Positions 25,789-35,056 of a stretch of 64,000 nucleotides of DNA are shown one piece after another. The stretch's first letter is position 1. Each line of letters starts with the position of its first letter. This DNA is from a virus (lineage: Duplodnaviria > Heunggongvirae > Uroviricota > Caudoviricetes): IMG/VR virus record IMGVR_UViG_3300027963_000050. One strand, 5' to 3'. The translations under genes and the position numbers were made by a program. The notes beneath the pieces were generated by a model. The model was not told the origin of the DNA and made no database searches. It worked only from the letters and a program-made list of their open reading frames with translations.

Positions 25789-26236
25789 TGGTTTCTAATT
25801 TATTTTTTAACACGTCAATATCCTCTTGAGTATACATCGGAGCAAAGGTTGGTCTTGAATGGAACGGAACGTTCTCTCTATCTTCCCATCTTTTTAATCT
25901 ATCCTCATAATTTTTTATGTCAGCAACAAATGATGATGCTCCATACCACTTATCATAATCCTCTTCAGATTTGATGTAATTAACCTCACCATAGTTACTA
26001 ATGTTAGCATCCGGATTAGTTGTATAAACATCCACAATACCATCGTAGCCATCATACTGCTCGCATAAGTCATTCACCGCACGTTCGTTGGTTAATACAT
26101 TTTTCCAATTATTACCATACGACCTAACCTGACAGATATATACAAACCCATCGTTAAGATTGTGTATGTAATTACCTATCTTATTTTGAAGTTCTCTTAA
26201 TTCTTCTACCGAGTATTTTGTAAAGTCCATTTCCAT
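25715..26236 (-). CDS. hypothetical protein (173 aa)
   Basis: ORF. Confidence 0.5.
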   Translation of the reverse strand: MEMDFTKYSVEELRELQNKIGNYIHNLNDGFVYICQVRSYGNNWKNVLTNERAVNDLCEQYDGYDGIVDVYTTNPDANISNYGEVNYIKSEEDYDKWYGASSFVADIKNYEDRLKRWEDRENVPFHSRPTFAPMYTQEDIDVLKNKLETIGEYEKPTSIKKSEGYEESDYEGD

Positions 26237-26251
26237 AGCACAAATGTAGGC

Positions 26252-26292
26252 ATAAAAAAAGGAACTAACAAATAGTTCCTTATATTTTTTTA
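26252..26292. terminator. intrinsic terminator hairpin (AGGAACTA-acaaa-TAGTTCCT)
   Basis: A8, 8-bp stem, T-tract. Related in sequence to the hairpin at 41393. Confidence 0.6.
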
Positions 26293-26664
26293 CTTCTTAT
26301 TGAAGTCTTCGTCACTCATATATTTTATATTCCATATGTCGTTGGTAAACCTTTTGGTAAATCTATTAGTATACTTTTCATATATTCGTTTAATGATTTC
26401 ATCTTTTATTATATCGTATAACTTATGAGAACTAACCCATACACTAACCAAATCATAAAGTTTTTCATTATTAACCACAATTAAAACTAATTCAGGGTAA
26501 TATCTTGAAATAACATATTCTCTTGTTCTCGGTGTTAAAAATTCTACATATGAAATGTTATTTCTTGTTCTCGCTTGAAATGAATCATACTTATCAACAC
26601 CAATTCCATTAACAATTGTGTCAATTATTTTCTCAACCTTATCTTCACTGATTTTAATATCCAT
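26290..26664 (-). CDS. hypothetical protein (124 aa)
   Basis: ORF. Confidence 0.5.
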   Translation of the reverse strand: MDIKISEDKVEKIIDTIVNGIGVDKYDSFQARTRNNISYVEFLTPRTREYVISRYYPELVLIVVNNEKLYDLVSVWVSSHKLYDIIKDEIIKRIYEKYTNRFTKRFTNDIWNIKYMSDEDFNKK

Positions 26665-26680
26665 ATCTATAAATATAACA

Positions 26681-26780
26681 CGAGGGCAAAAGTTACCCCC
26701 GTCTTTTGAACGAGGGTAATTATCTCAATTTTTTACTCTCGTTTTTATTACGAAGGTAATTTTTTTAGTTTTTTACTTTC
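26681..26780. repeat. three imperfect about 30-bp direct repeats beginning CGA[GA]GG[GT]AA...TTTTTTACT
   Basis: cgagggcaaaagttaccccc / cgagggtaattatctcaattttttactctcg / cgaaggtaatttttttagttttttactttc. Confidence 0.45.
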
Positions 26781-27204
26781 ATTTATTTTTCATTAATTCT
26801 TTAACAAATTCGTGAGCCTCTAATAATTCAGGGTCAGTTTCCAAAAGATAACGAGTTTTCATATCACTGTAGTTCTCTCGAATGTCTGATATACACCATC
26901 CGAAGAACACAAATAATAATTTAACTTTTATCTTTAGTTTTTTTAAACTCATCTTTTAACATAATTAACGCAAACACACAAATAATACCAATCAATAATG
27001 GTACCGGAGCAGAAGGGTCAGGAGTTACCATTACACCTTCTTTGTTTTCTTTTTATACACTCTTTTCTTCTTGACCGGTGGTTCAATAACCACTTCCTCT
27101 TGAACCAATTGTTTAGGTTTTTTCTTTACTAAATAAAGAACAAGCGATACTAAAATCGCGAGGATTGCGGCAGGTGCAATGAAATTCATTTTTGTTGGGT
27201 TTGC

Positions 27205-27522
27205 TTATAGATTAGGGAAGATTAATACATCTTCATCGGATAAATAGTCGTCTATTTTGCTTTGTTTTCTATTTTGAAAACTTTTCCCAATTTTTCTTAT
27301 ATTTTCACACTCTTCTTTAGAATATTCGTGTGTTATTCTATAAATAAGTCCATCTTCGCTAATATTTAAGACAATCCCATTCTCATTTCTGATGTGGGGA
27401 ACTTCATATGAAATCCCATTTTGACTATCAACACAAATGGTGTTAAATACTTCACTAACAACACCTCTATTTATACCACCATACTTGGTGAATTGAACAT
27501 ACATATCCCCTTCTTTAAACAT
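27205..27522 (-). CDS. hypothetical protein (105 aa)
   Basis: ORF. Confidence 0.5.
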   Translation of the reverse strand: MFKEGDMYVQFTKYGGINRGVVSEVFNTICVDSQNGISYEVPHIRNENGIVLNISEDGLIYRITHEYSKEECENIRKIGKSFQNRKQSKIDDYLSDEDVLIFPNL

Positions 27523-27528
27523 ATTTTT

Positions 27529-27921
27529 TTAATTAGTTGGTTTGCAAATATAATACCACACGTAATCACTATACTCAACACCTAATGCTAATTTGCCCGG
27601 ATTGTTTGTTAATGATATAAGATATATGTTACAACGAATACCTTTTTCATCTAAACAATACCACTCACCACCTTTCTCAGTTTTATTAGCCATTGAAATC
27701 ACATTATAAACTTGTGCGGTTTTTGAATAGATAGTTACTTTTGTCTCTTCTAATTTAATTAAGATATCACAACTTTTAATTGTGGTGTTATCCCACACAA
27801 CTTGTTTGTTATAACTCATTGTTCCCGCTTGGAATGTCTCCGCTCTCATTAAGAATGGATTATCCTGTGAATACATTAATGTTGTTAAGAACAACGCAAA
27901 TACCAATAATATTTTTTTCAT
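27529..27921 (-). CDS. secreted protein (signal peptide MKKILLVFALFLTTLMYSQ)
   Basis: Bacteroidetes-style signal peptide. 4 Cys. Confidence 0.55.
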   Translation of the reverse strand: MKKILLVFALFLTTLMYSQDNPFLMRAETFQAGTMSYNKQVVWDNTTIKSCDILIKLEETKVTIYSKTAQVYNVISMANKTEKGGEWYCLDEKGIRCNIYLISLTNNPGKLALGVEYSDYVWYYICKPTN

Positions 27922-27925
27922 TTTC

Positions 27926-28288
27926 TTATTTTATTAAATTAATAACTATTATAGTTGCAACTATTCCAAAAATTAATCCAATTGTAAAAGCTTTAACTGA
28001 ATAATCTGTTTTTACTGGTTCCGGTATAACCTCAACAGGTTTTGGTTTGTTGTATTTCTTTCTGTAATATGGTTTTTTCTTTCTAACCGGTTGCTCACCC
28101 TCTTTAATCACTCTTGGTTCTGATTGTGGTGGTGATAGTATTTCTTTTTTAATTTTAGGAGTTGTTACTCTTTTTTCTTTGTTGAATAATTCTTCTTCAA
28201 CGTGTTCACTTAATTTTCTTGAACTCATTTTGTTTGATTTGTTTTTTTTAATTGATGACGCAATGGCCGGGATAATATTTGGTCTCAT
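27926..28288 (-). CDS. C-terminally anchored membrane protein, basic/Pro-rich ectodomain
   Basis: C-terminal TM segment KAFTIGLIFGIVATIIVINLIK. K/P-rich N-terminal region. Confidence 0.45.
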   Translation of the reverse strand: MRPNIIPAIASSIKKNKSNKMSSRKLSEHVEEELFNKEKRVTTPKIKKEILSPPQSEPRVIKEGEQPVRKKKPYYRKKYNKPKPVEVIPEPVKTDYSVKAFTIGLIFGIVATIIVINLIK

Positions 28289-28434
28289 TAATGTTCTGAT
28301 TTACTTACACCAATTACAATAAAAACAATAGCAGGTATGGCAAATACCGCATTGACAGAAAACATTAAACATACACAACCTAAAGATAAAAGGTCGTATT
28401 TATTATTTACTATAAAGTTTTTTAGATTATCCAT
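28288..28434 (-). CDS. small membrane protein (48 aa, holin-like size)
   Basis: Track ORF 28288..28494 reads through a terminator hairpin. The internal Met (MDNLKNF...) at 28434 leaves a hydrophobic core. Confidence 0.35.
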   Translation of the reverse strand: MDNLKNFIVNNKYDLLSLGCVCLMFSVNAVFAIPAIVFIVIGVSKSEH

Positions 28435-28448
28435 AGCACAAAGATAAA

Positions 28449-28492
28449 CAAAAAACCCCAAGAATTCAACTCTTGAGGTTATTTTTTTTAAC
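28449..28492. terminator. intrinsic terminator-like hairpin (CCCCAAGA-attcaac-TCTTGAGG + T9)
   Basis: 8-bp stem with one mismatch, flanked by A- and T-tracts. Confidence 0.5.
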
Positions 28493-28496
28493 ATTT

Positions 28497-28670
28497 ACAA
28501 ATCCCGTCTCCACCTTTGGATGGGTTACAGACACATTCCTTCTTGGGTTTACCTGTAATCAGTGTATAATCGGGAAATAAAGTCATCAATGATTTAATCT
28601 CGTCAACTCTCCCGGCACTATCAGTAATTGTGATAGTTTTATTTTCAGTATTAATTTTATATTCCATAAT
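28497..28670 (-). CDS. small Cys-containing protein (58 aa; MEYKINTENKTITITDSAGRVDEIKSLMTLFPDYTLITGKPKKECVCNPSKGGDGICK)
   Basis: ORF below the track cut-off. ATGA overlap with the next gene. Confidence 0.3.
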
Positions 28671-28752
28671 AATCCATTATTAATGCACCAGCAATTACTA
28701 TTATAAGAACCACAATAAAAATTTTTGACGGTAAATTAGATTCTTTTTTCAT
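28667..28752 (-). CDS. small single-TM peptide (MKKESNLPSKIFIVVLIIVIAGALIMD)
   Basis: ORF below the track cut-off. Hydrophobic core. Confidence 0.25.
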
Positions 28753-28753
28753 T

Positions 28754-29473
28754 TTATTTTTTGTGGAACTCTATTATTTTCCACTCACCTTTTTTTGTTT
28801 CAACAAGTGCGGTACAGTTCTCACACCAATCCCCACTATTCATATAATTATCTTTTAACTCCGGTTGATGAATATGACCACATACGGCAACATCACAACT
28901 TTTTTTGTAAGCCAATAGTATTGCGTTGTGTTCAAAATCATTTATGAAATTAACGGCTTTCTTAACACCACTTTTAATATCTTTGGAGATGGAATAATAA
29001 GGTAACCCTCTCATCTCACGATATTTGTTATACACTCTATTCATCCATAGTGCTAAGTCATATCCTCTTGAACCAATGTGAGCCAACCATTTTGCTTTGG
29101 TAATAAACACATCCAACACATCTCCGTGAAACACATACATCTTACGACCATCAAGGGATGTAAAGGTATAATCCTCCGTGATTGTTAGATTGGATAATTG
29201 GAATGGGATAAAATCTTTTAGGAACTCATCGTGATTTCCTCTGAGCCAAATAACATTCACACCCTTCTCACTCATCTTCATTATCTTTCTCAAGACTTTG
29301 GTATGACTTTCCTTCCATTTCCCACCTCTTTTGAGAGCCCAACCATCTACGATATCCCCATTTAATATTAAGGTCTCTGTGGTGTTGTTTTCAAGAAATT
29401 CTATAACATCGTTGGCTCTACTTGATTTGGAACCCAAGTGAATGTCTGATAGAATTATTGTTTTGTATTTCAT
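28754..29473 (-). CDS. calcineurin-like metallophosphoesterase, LpxH-like (UDP-2,3-diacylglucosamine hydrolase family architecture)
   Basis: Motifs ILSDIHLG, LNGDIVDGW, GNHDE, GHIHQ in the order typical of PF00149/LpxH. Confidence 0.65.
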   Translation of the reverse strand: MKYKTIILSDIHLGSKSSRANDVIEFLENNTTETLILNGDIVDGWALKRGGKWKESHTKVLRKIMKMSEKGVNVIWLRGNHDEFLKDFIPFQLSNLTITEDYTFTSLDGRKMYVFHGDVLDVFITKAKWLAHIGSRGYDLALWMNRVYNKYREMRGLPYYSISKDIKSGVKKAVNFINDFEHNAILLAYKKSCDVAVCGHIHQPELKDNYMNSGDWCENCTALVETKKGEWKIIEFHKK

Positions 29474-29513
29474 ATTATCTTAATTTGTAATGTTTCCACA
29501 CTTCATACCTTAT

Positions 29514-29822
29514 TTACAAGAAATGATAATCCAAATACATAACCTCTAAATTGTAGTGTTCTTCAATCCATCTCTCCATTATGTTCTGAATTTGTTTATA
29601 ATTCATACTAAAAAAAGATGATAAAAATGACCATATTTCATCATAATTGATAAAAACATCACCACTTTTTTTATTGTATTCAAATATAACCTGTTTCCCT
29701 TTTTTATATAGAATAAAATTAGGTCTGTCTTCCGTTTCATACGGTTCCAAATCACCAAAGTTATCGCTCAACCAATTAATGACAGCTCTCTCTAATTTAC
29801 TTTCTGTTATTATAATTTTCAT
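29514..29822 (-). CDS. leader-family-1 protein (MKIIITESKLERAV...)
   Basis: Internal Met at 29820-29822. TAA-N-ATG junction with 29824..30534. Confidence 0.55.
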   Translation of the reverse strand: MKIIITESKLERAVINWLSDNFGDLEPYETEDRPNFILYKKGKQVIFEYNKKSGDVFINYDEIWSFLSSFFSMNYKQIQNIMERWIEEHYNLEVMYLDYHFL

Positions 29823-29823
29823 T

Positions 29824-30534
29824 TTAAGTCCAATAATTATGTTCCTTTGTAAAGAACTCATCGTTATTTCTATTAAACCAAGATTTAATCATCATCTTAA
29901 CCATATAGAATAAACCTTTGTTCTTGAATCGTCTTGATGTGGTATAAACAATTTTGTCCGCTACATAAAACTTATTTGGTTTTATCTTTGAACTTAAATG
30001 ATAATCCTCAGCAAACTTATCATCCGGATTAAATCCTCCCAATGAATTGAATACCTCTAAATTAAATAACATAAATCCTCCAACCGCAAATGGTGTAAAG
30101 AATTTGGTTAAGTATTGGATAACATCAAATGATTTATATACATAATTATACTTACCATCGTCAGTTCTTATTTTGGTTGTGGATAAATGATAATCATTTT
30201 CTTTCATTTGTTCAACCATCTCCTTCAACAAATTATAATCGTTCAGGTATATGTCCGCATCCAAGAATAAAACATAGGGTGTCGTTATCTTTTTGGTTCC
30301 ATTGTTTCTGGCTTCAGCAGGAAATCCTCCCTTAATAATCTTTACATTAATATTGGTATGATATGAACCAAGAATACATTTTTGCGTATATCCGTTGTCC
30401 GTTGAAGAATCGGCAACCATAACATTTACACCTTTGATATTAGTTTGCAGGTTTAACAATCCTAAAGTTTTCTTTATAATTAACCCCTCGTTTTTGCAGG
30501 GTATGACTATTGTTAAATCTTTACTTAAACTCAT
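29824..30534 (-). CDS. family-2 glycosyltransferase (GT-A fold)
   Basis: LTIVIPCKNE ... VLFLDADIY (DxD). Confidence 0.7.
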   Translation of the reverse strand: MSLSKDLTIVIPCKNEGLIIKKTLGLLNLQTNIKGVNVMVADSSTDNGYTQKCILGSYHTNINVKIIKGGFPAEARNNGTKKITTPYVLFLDADIYLNDYNLLKEMVEQMKENDYHLSTTKIRTDDGKYNYVYKSFDVIQYLTKFFTPFAVGGFMLFNLEVFNSLGGFNPDDKFAEDYHLSSKIKPNKFYVADKIVYTTSRRFKNKGLFYMVKMMIKSWFNRNNDEFFTKEHNYWT

Positions 30535-30593
30535 ACCTATAAATATACCGGAACTAAATTATTGGTGTGTATATTTATTGTTAAATATTAATT

Positions 30594-31181
30594 ATGAAAA
30601 ACCTTTTATTAGTTTTACTTACCCTGACCACATTCTCATCATTCTCACAAGCATTAAGAGATAGTATTGTGGTTAAAACTCCAATGTTTGAAATTGTATA
30701 TTCAGAGAAATTGGAACAACCTAAATTTATTCGTTATACCGTTCAGTGCCCAAATGGGACCGCATCAAGAACCGGAATGGATTTTTATGTTGATAAAACA
30801 ATTAAAACATCTGATGCTAAAGATTACGAAAAAAACCCTTACGACAAAGGTCACTTAGCCCCTGCTGCCGATTTTAATTGTGATAGAGAAACTCTATATA
30901 AAACATTCACTTACCTAAACTGTTCACTACAACAAGAGAACCTTAACAGAACAACTTGGAGATTACTTGAAGTGAGAGAACGAGAACTAGCAAAAACACA
31001 TAAAGTAGTTCAGGTTGAAATCAGATGTATCTTTGGACCAAAATCAATTCTTCTTCCAACCGGAGCAACAATCCCAACAGCTTACAGAAAAACAATTAAG
31101 TATGATGGTGTTACAGAAGTATACTACTTCAAAAATGAAAAACCATTATCAACCGACTTCACCAAATATAAAGTAAAATAA
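30594..31181 (+). CDS. secreted DNA/RNA non-specific endonuclease (Serratia nuclease / EndoG family)
   Basis: Signal peptide MKNLLLVLLTLTTFSSFSQ. Active-site-like YDKGHLAPAADF (DRGH-type motif). Confidence 0.65.
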   Translation: MKNLLLVLLTLTTFSSFSQALRDSIVVKTPMFEIVYSEKLEQPKFIRYTVQCPNGTASRTGMDFYVDKTIKTSDAKDYEKNPYDKGHLAPAADFNCDRETLYKTFTYLNCSLQQENLNRTTWRLLEVRERELAKTHKVVQVEIRCIFGPKSILLPTGATIPTAYRKTIKYDGVTEVYYFKNEKPLSTDFTKYKVK

Positions 31182-31182
31182 A

Positions 31183-31214
31183 AAAACCCCCTATTAAGGG
31201 GGTTTTGTTTTTAT
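31183..31214. terminator. bidirectional intrinsic terminator (A7-CCCCC-tattaa-GGGGG-T4GT5)
   Basis: Between the convergent genes 30594..31181 and 31211..31564. Confidence 0.7.
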
Positions 31215-31564
31215 AATCCTAAAATTTCTCTTTTTGTTTTATCACTCTTTGCTCCCAACTCAACATATAGTTTTTGAATCTCACCATACGACTTATACCA
31301 TCTTGGTATTGCACCAACATATGAAATATAATATCCCATTAAACAAGTACTTAAACTTGAAGAGATATACGGATTACCACTTGAACTAATCATACTATCC
31401 GGTTTAGCACCATCCAATAGATATGGATTACTCTTTCTAACTTTCTCAATGAACTCTAAAACATCTTCGTCTTTTGGGGGAAATCCTGTTACAGATAGAT
31501 TTACCCCCTCATAAATTAATAAAGACACAAAACCAACAATCAAAAATAACACTAATACTATCAT
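31211..31564 (-). CDS. membrane protein (N-terminal TM)
   Basis: MIVLVLFLIVGFVSLLIY hydrophobic start. Confidence 0.45.
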   Translation of the reverse strand: MIVLVLFLIVGFVSLLIYEGVNLSVTGFPPKDEDVLEFIEKVRKSNPYLLDGAKPDSMISSSGNPYISSSLSTCLMGYYISYVGAIPRWYKSYGEIQKLYVELGAKSDKTKREILGL

Positions 31565-31573
31565 AACTTTATT

Positions 31574-32413
31574 TTATTTTAATCCGTACATTGTGTTCGC
31601 TCCTGATGACAATTGAGTACTTGGAAGTGCTCCATCCCATTTCTCAATCCATTGTTGTTGTAACAACATCGGTGTTAAAGTAGATTGTCTCAACTTGTTT
31701 GATTCAGCCTCAGCTCTTGCGTTTGTTAACAAAGCCTCAGCATCTCCTTGTGCTTTCGCCACTTTAATCTTAGCTTGTGCTGTCGCAGTCTGTACTTGGT
31801 TCTCTGCAGTTAACGCCGCCTGTACCGCGTTGTTCTTAGCGTTAATCGCGTTCTTGAACGATGTTGGATATTCCAAGTTAGATGTAAATTGATTCACAAT
31901 AAATCCTTCTTTAACAACTTGTGATTCTAACAACTTTCGTACTTCAACTTCAAACAGAGCTCTATTAGAGATTAATTGTTCTGCGGTATATTTATTGGTC
32001 GCCAATCGGAATGCGTCATAGATAGCGGTCTTTAAAAATCCTTCCTCTAACTCCGGTAACGTTCTTCTATATTTAGCGAAGATTGATGGAGCTTTATCGG
32101 CACTTACAGAGTAGTTTAAGATAGGAGATACTCTGAACTCGGAACCATCTTTTGTGTTAACCGTGAAAGAGTTGTCACCATCCTCAGTATTCTTATACTC
32201 TTTGTGTTGGATAAAAGTTGGAAACTCATAAACCTTTGTTGTGATAGGATTATAAAATACCCATCCTGTACACGCTGTTACGTTATTAACTCCTTTACCG
32301 GAACCATACATATCAACTTTAACCCCTACGTGACCTGCGTCAATTACTTCACAAGAACTGAACACTGCGAAAAACAATACTACTACACCTACAATTACTA
32401 AAATTCTTTTCAT
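31574..32413 (-). CDS. SPFH/band-7 (prohibitin/stomatin-like) lipoprotein
   Basis: Lipoprotein-type signal (..AVFSSC). Ala/Gln-rich coiled-coil ATAQAKIKVAKAQGDAEALLTNARAEAESN followed by IEKWDGALP, typical of SPFH C-termini. TAtcTTTG box (rc) at 32452-32459 upstream. Confidence 0.55.
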   Translation of the reverse strand: MKRILVIVGVVVLFFAVFSSCEVIDAGHVGVKVDMYGSGKGVNNVTACTGWVFYNPITTKVYEFPTFIQHKEYKNTEDGDNSFTVNTKDGSEFRVSPILNYSVSADKAPSIFAKYRRTLPELEEGFLKTAIYDAFRLATNKYTAEQLISNRALFEVEVRKLLESQVVKEGFIVNQFTSNLEYPTSFKNAINAKNNAVQAALTAENQVQTATAQAKIKVAKAQGDAEALLTNARAEAESNKLRQSTLTPMLLQQQWIEKWDGALPSTQLSSGANTMYGLK

Positions 32414-32488
32414 TTTTTTACTTTTTTAATTATTAATTATTTAATTGGGTACAAAGATATTACTTTATTCCGTACTACCAAATTTTTT

Positions 32489-32728
32489 TTAATCTTTTTT
32501 TTCTTCTTCGTCTTTATACGTGAAAACACCTTTCATATTCTTTAAGAACATAGCGATGTTATCCCCAAAATAGAATATTGGCCCCATCGTTATTGTCGCC
32601 AATAATAAAACACCACCATAGAAAATATAGGTGTCCGACAAATCCATAAGGTAGAATGATAAATTAACCAACTCAACCCAAACAAAGAATACTACTAGTA
32701 CTCCGATAAATTTTAATAAGTTTTTCAT
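32489..32728 (-). CDS. small integral membrane protein (2 TM)
   Basis: Two hydrophobic segments. Confidence 0.45.
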   Translation of the reverse strand: MKNLLKFIGVLVVFFVWVELVNLSFYLMDLSDTYIFYGGVLLLATITMGPIFYFGDNIAMFLKNMKGVFTYKDEEEKKD

Positions 32729-32729
32729 A

Positions 32730-32945
32730 TTATCTCTGAATTAACATATTAGTATTCGCCATTGGTACTCTTAACACCGGAACCACTCCTCCGTTTTCCC
32801 CTGATTTTTGCATTACCTCGTAATACCCGTTCTCAACTTTCACAGTCGGAACATCTTTAAAGTTTAATAATTCTGTTCCTCTGAACCCTTCTTGAAGTAC
32901 AACTGTTTTATCTGTACTGTTAAACACTAATGTTTGCATATTCAT
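32730..32945 (-). CDS. hypothetical protein (71 aa)
   Basis: ORF. ATGA overlap with 32942..33715. Confidence 0.45.
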   Translation of the reverse strand: MNMQTLVFNSTDKTVVLQEGFRGTELLNFKDVPTVKVENGYYEVMQKSGENGGVVPVLRVPMANTNMLIQR

Positions 32946-33715
32946 AATTTTAATTTTAATTTATTTAATAATTTATTTAATTTACTTACCCATTCTTTAT
33001 CAACTTTTGGTCTTTCAATTACTCTCTGTTCTATAGAATAACTCATTTGTTGCCCACCACCAATATATTGATTTTTTGGTTCACTCTTTAAAGGATTACC
33101 ATCATATCTTATTTGAAGAAACTCCCTTTGTTCTCTACCTCTATCCATATAAGAATAGGGGTCACCAGCTAATGAAGTTTTTTGTGTTACTCTATCATAT
33201 TCTCTATATCTTGTAACCCATTCTTTCATTTGTTGAATTCTTGGGTGAGATTCAATCACAACCCTAACATCCGACCATCTACGAGTGTTACTCATAGTAA
33301 TATATTCATACAACAAATCCAAATAAGTTTTTACAATAGTTCTGTATGGTGTGACAACAATAATATTAAAATTAACCATAGTAGTCAAGTCATACCATCT
33401 CAATACTTCATCCGTTGATTCTAAAACTGCGCTAATAAGAATTTCTGTTTGACTATACTCCTCTTTCATTTTATAAACAAAACAATAGTTACAAACACCC
33501 CAATACTTTGTGAAATAAACCTCCGATAACATTGTATTGTCTTTATCAATATGATGGCCTAACTCCATATCAAGAAGTCTGTTGATAGTTTTAGTAGTTC
33601 TATCTTGGTCTTCACGGAAATTACGATGCCAATCGGGATTGACCTTATGTCCTCTCCCGACTAAATCTATACCATTATGTAATGCGTTTGATACCATAGG
33701 GCAAATATAAGACAA
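32942..33715 (-). CDS. hypothetical protein (257 aa)
   Basis: ORF. No confident motif. Confidence 0.5.
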   Translation of the reverse strand: MSYICPMVSNALHNGIDLVGRGHKVNPDWHRNFREDQDRTTKTINRLLDMELGHHIDKDNTMLSEVYFTKYWGVCNYCFVYKMKEEYSQTEILISAVLESTDEVLRWYDLTTMVNFNIIVVTPYRTIVKTYLDLLYEYITMSNTRRWSDVRVVIESHPRIQQMKEWVTRYREYDRVTQKTSLAGDPYSYMDRGREQREFLQIRYDGNPLKSEPKNQYIGGGQQMSYSIEQRVIERPKVDKEWVSKLNKLLNKLKLKL

Positions 33716-33752
33716 ATTATTTTATCATACTATTTATTAGTAAAATATTTTT

Positions 33753-34232
33753 ATGGAACATAGCGTATTTGAAAAAATGAGTGATAGAGTTATCTTCTCA
33801 GTTATTAAACAAATTATCAATAATGTCGATATCGATATGGTTGAAAATTCAGCTGATTGGCAATTTTATCAAGTGGTTGAAAGTGTTTGTAAACTATTTT
33901 CAATTGACCCATCAATTCAAGATACGGATTTTCTTTATAATGTTATTAAATTAAATGAAGATATTTTTGAAGAAAATTCTCTTAATTCGCCATTAAAAAA
34001 ACCAACATTAAAAAATTACGAATATGATTGGATTGTTACAATGAAGTCAATTGTTAATGAATATTATAAAAACACAATTTCATTATATTCCGATAAAGAT
34101 GAGCTTAATGACCTTTTGTACACCTTAAAAAGTGAAGGTACTTTAGATGTTTTTGACGGAGATTTATACGAAGAAGATACTAGAGATAGTGAAATGTTAG
34201 ACGATGAACTTGGTAGTGTAACTGAAATTTAA
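33753..34232 (+). CDS. acidic hypothetical protein (159 aa)
   Basis: ORF. D/E-rich C-terminus. Confidence 0.5.
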   Translation: MEHSVFEKMSDRVIFSVIKQIINNVDIDMVENSADWQFYQVVESVCKLFSIDPSIQDTDFLYNVIKLNEDIFEENSLNSPLKKPTLKNYEYDWIVTMKSIVNEYYKNTISLYSDKDELNDLLYTLKSEGTLDVFDGDLYEEDTRDSEMLDDELGSVTEI

Positions 34233-34237
34233 GAATT

Positions 34238-35056
34238 ATGGAAAAGCACAAATTATTAACCTTAGTAAAAAAAACAGGTAGAAGTTTTAAGAATCAAAGT
34301 CCTACCGGAGTATATAGAATGATATTAGAAAATAATCATTATGAAGCATTATCTCACGTTCTTAACGCTAAAGACTTGGTAATCTATTCATTATTGGCCC
34401 CACGTTTTAATATGGAATCAGATATTGATGAAGACTACGATAGAATTGAATATAATATGTTCACAATTGAATTAGTTGAAGTGTATGATACTGAACCTGA
34501 GGTTGAATGTGACGAGTGTTACGGTAGTCGTTTTGAAAATTGTGACCAATGTGATGGTACAGGTGAGCAAGAATGTAGTCGTTGCGATAATACCGGTGAA
34601 GAAGATTGTGATTATTGTGATGGTTCAGGTGTTGATGAAGAAGGTGAAGAATGTGATATGTGTCAAGGAGCCGGTAAAACAACCTGCGGAAGATGTAATG
34701 GTGATGGTAACGAATCCTGTGGATATTGTGGTGGTGATGGAGATGTTCAGTGCGGATATTGTGATGGTGATGGTAAAATAGAATCAAAAGATTCTGCTGA
34801 AATAACTTATACTGATTTTGTTTCTTGGAGTGGTCGTTGGAAAATGTATTTCTCAGGACTAAAACACGATGACCAAGTGGATAAAGAAGATGCTGATAAT
34901 TTCTATAACAATAACCAAACTTTAATATTAAGAGACTACCGAGAAATTTCTGAAGATTATCAAGGTTATGAAAATGGAGATACTTTCTTATTTAATATGG
35001 AAGAAAAACCCAATATTATTACTAGAGCTAACGGTAAAGGTGTTGTTGTTATTTAA
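34238..35056 (+). CDS. Cys-rich protein with about 8 tandem CxxC(D/x)GxG zinc-finger-like repeats (DnaJ CR-type)
   Basis: CDECYGS..CDQCDGTG..CSRCDNTG..CDYCDGSG..CDMCQGAG..CGRCNGDG..CGYCGGDG..CGYCDGDG. Confidence 0.55.
   Translation: MEKHKLLTLVKKTGRSFKNQSPTGVYRMILENNHYEALSHVLNAKDLVIYSLLAPRFNMESDIDEDYDRIEYNMFTIELVEVYDTEPEVECDECYGSRFENCDQCDGTGEQECSRCDNTGEEDCDYCDGSGVDEEGEECDMCQGAGKTTCGRCNGDGNESCGYCGGDGDVQCGYCDGDGKIESKDSAEITYTDFVSWSGRWKMYFSGLKHDDQVDKEDADNFYNNNQTLILRDYREISEDYQGYENGDTFLFNMEEKPNIITRANGKGVVVI

Noticed and set aside
28288-28494. N-terminal 20 residues of track ORF 28288..28494 (MLKKITSRVEFLGFFVYLCA)
   Set aside because: This part of the frame is the translation of a terminator hairpin (CCCCAAGA...TCTTGAGG + T9). 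The real start is more plausibly the downstream Met (MDNLKNF...).
34461-34787. 108-aa His-rich ORF (HHHHNIRTEHLHHHHN...) on the minus strand
   Set aside because: It is the antisense reading of the CxxCxGxG-repeat gene 34238..35056: the GTG/GCA-rich codons read backwards as CAC/CAT. The plus-strand gene has the better coding features (ATG, neighbours, repeat logic). The parallel plus ORF 34476..34781 is likewise an out-of-frame shadow.
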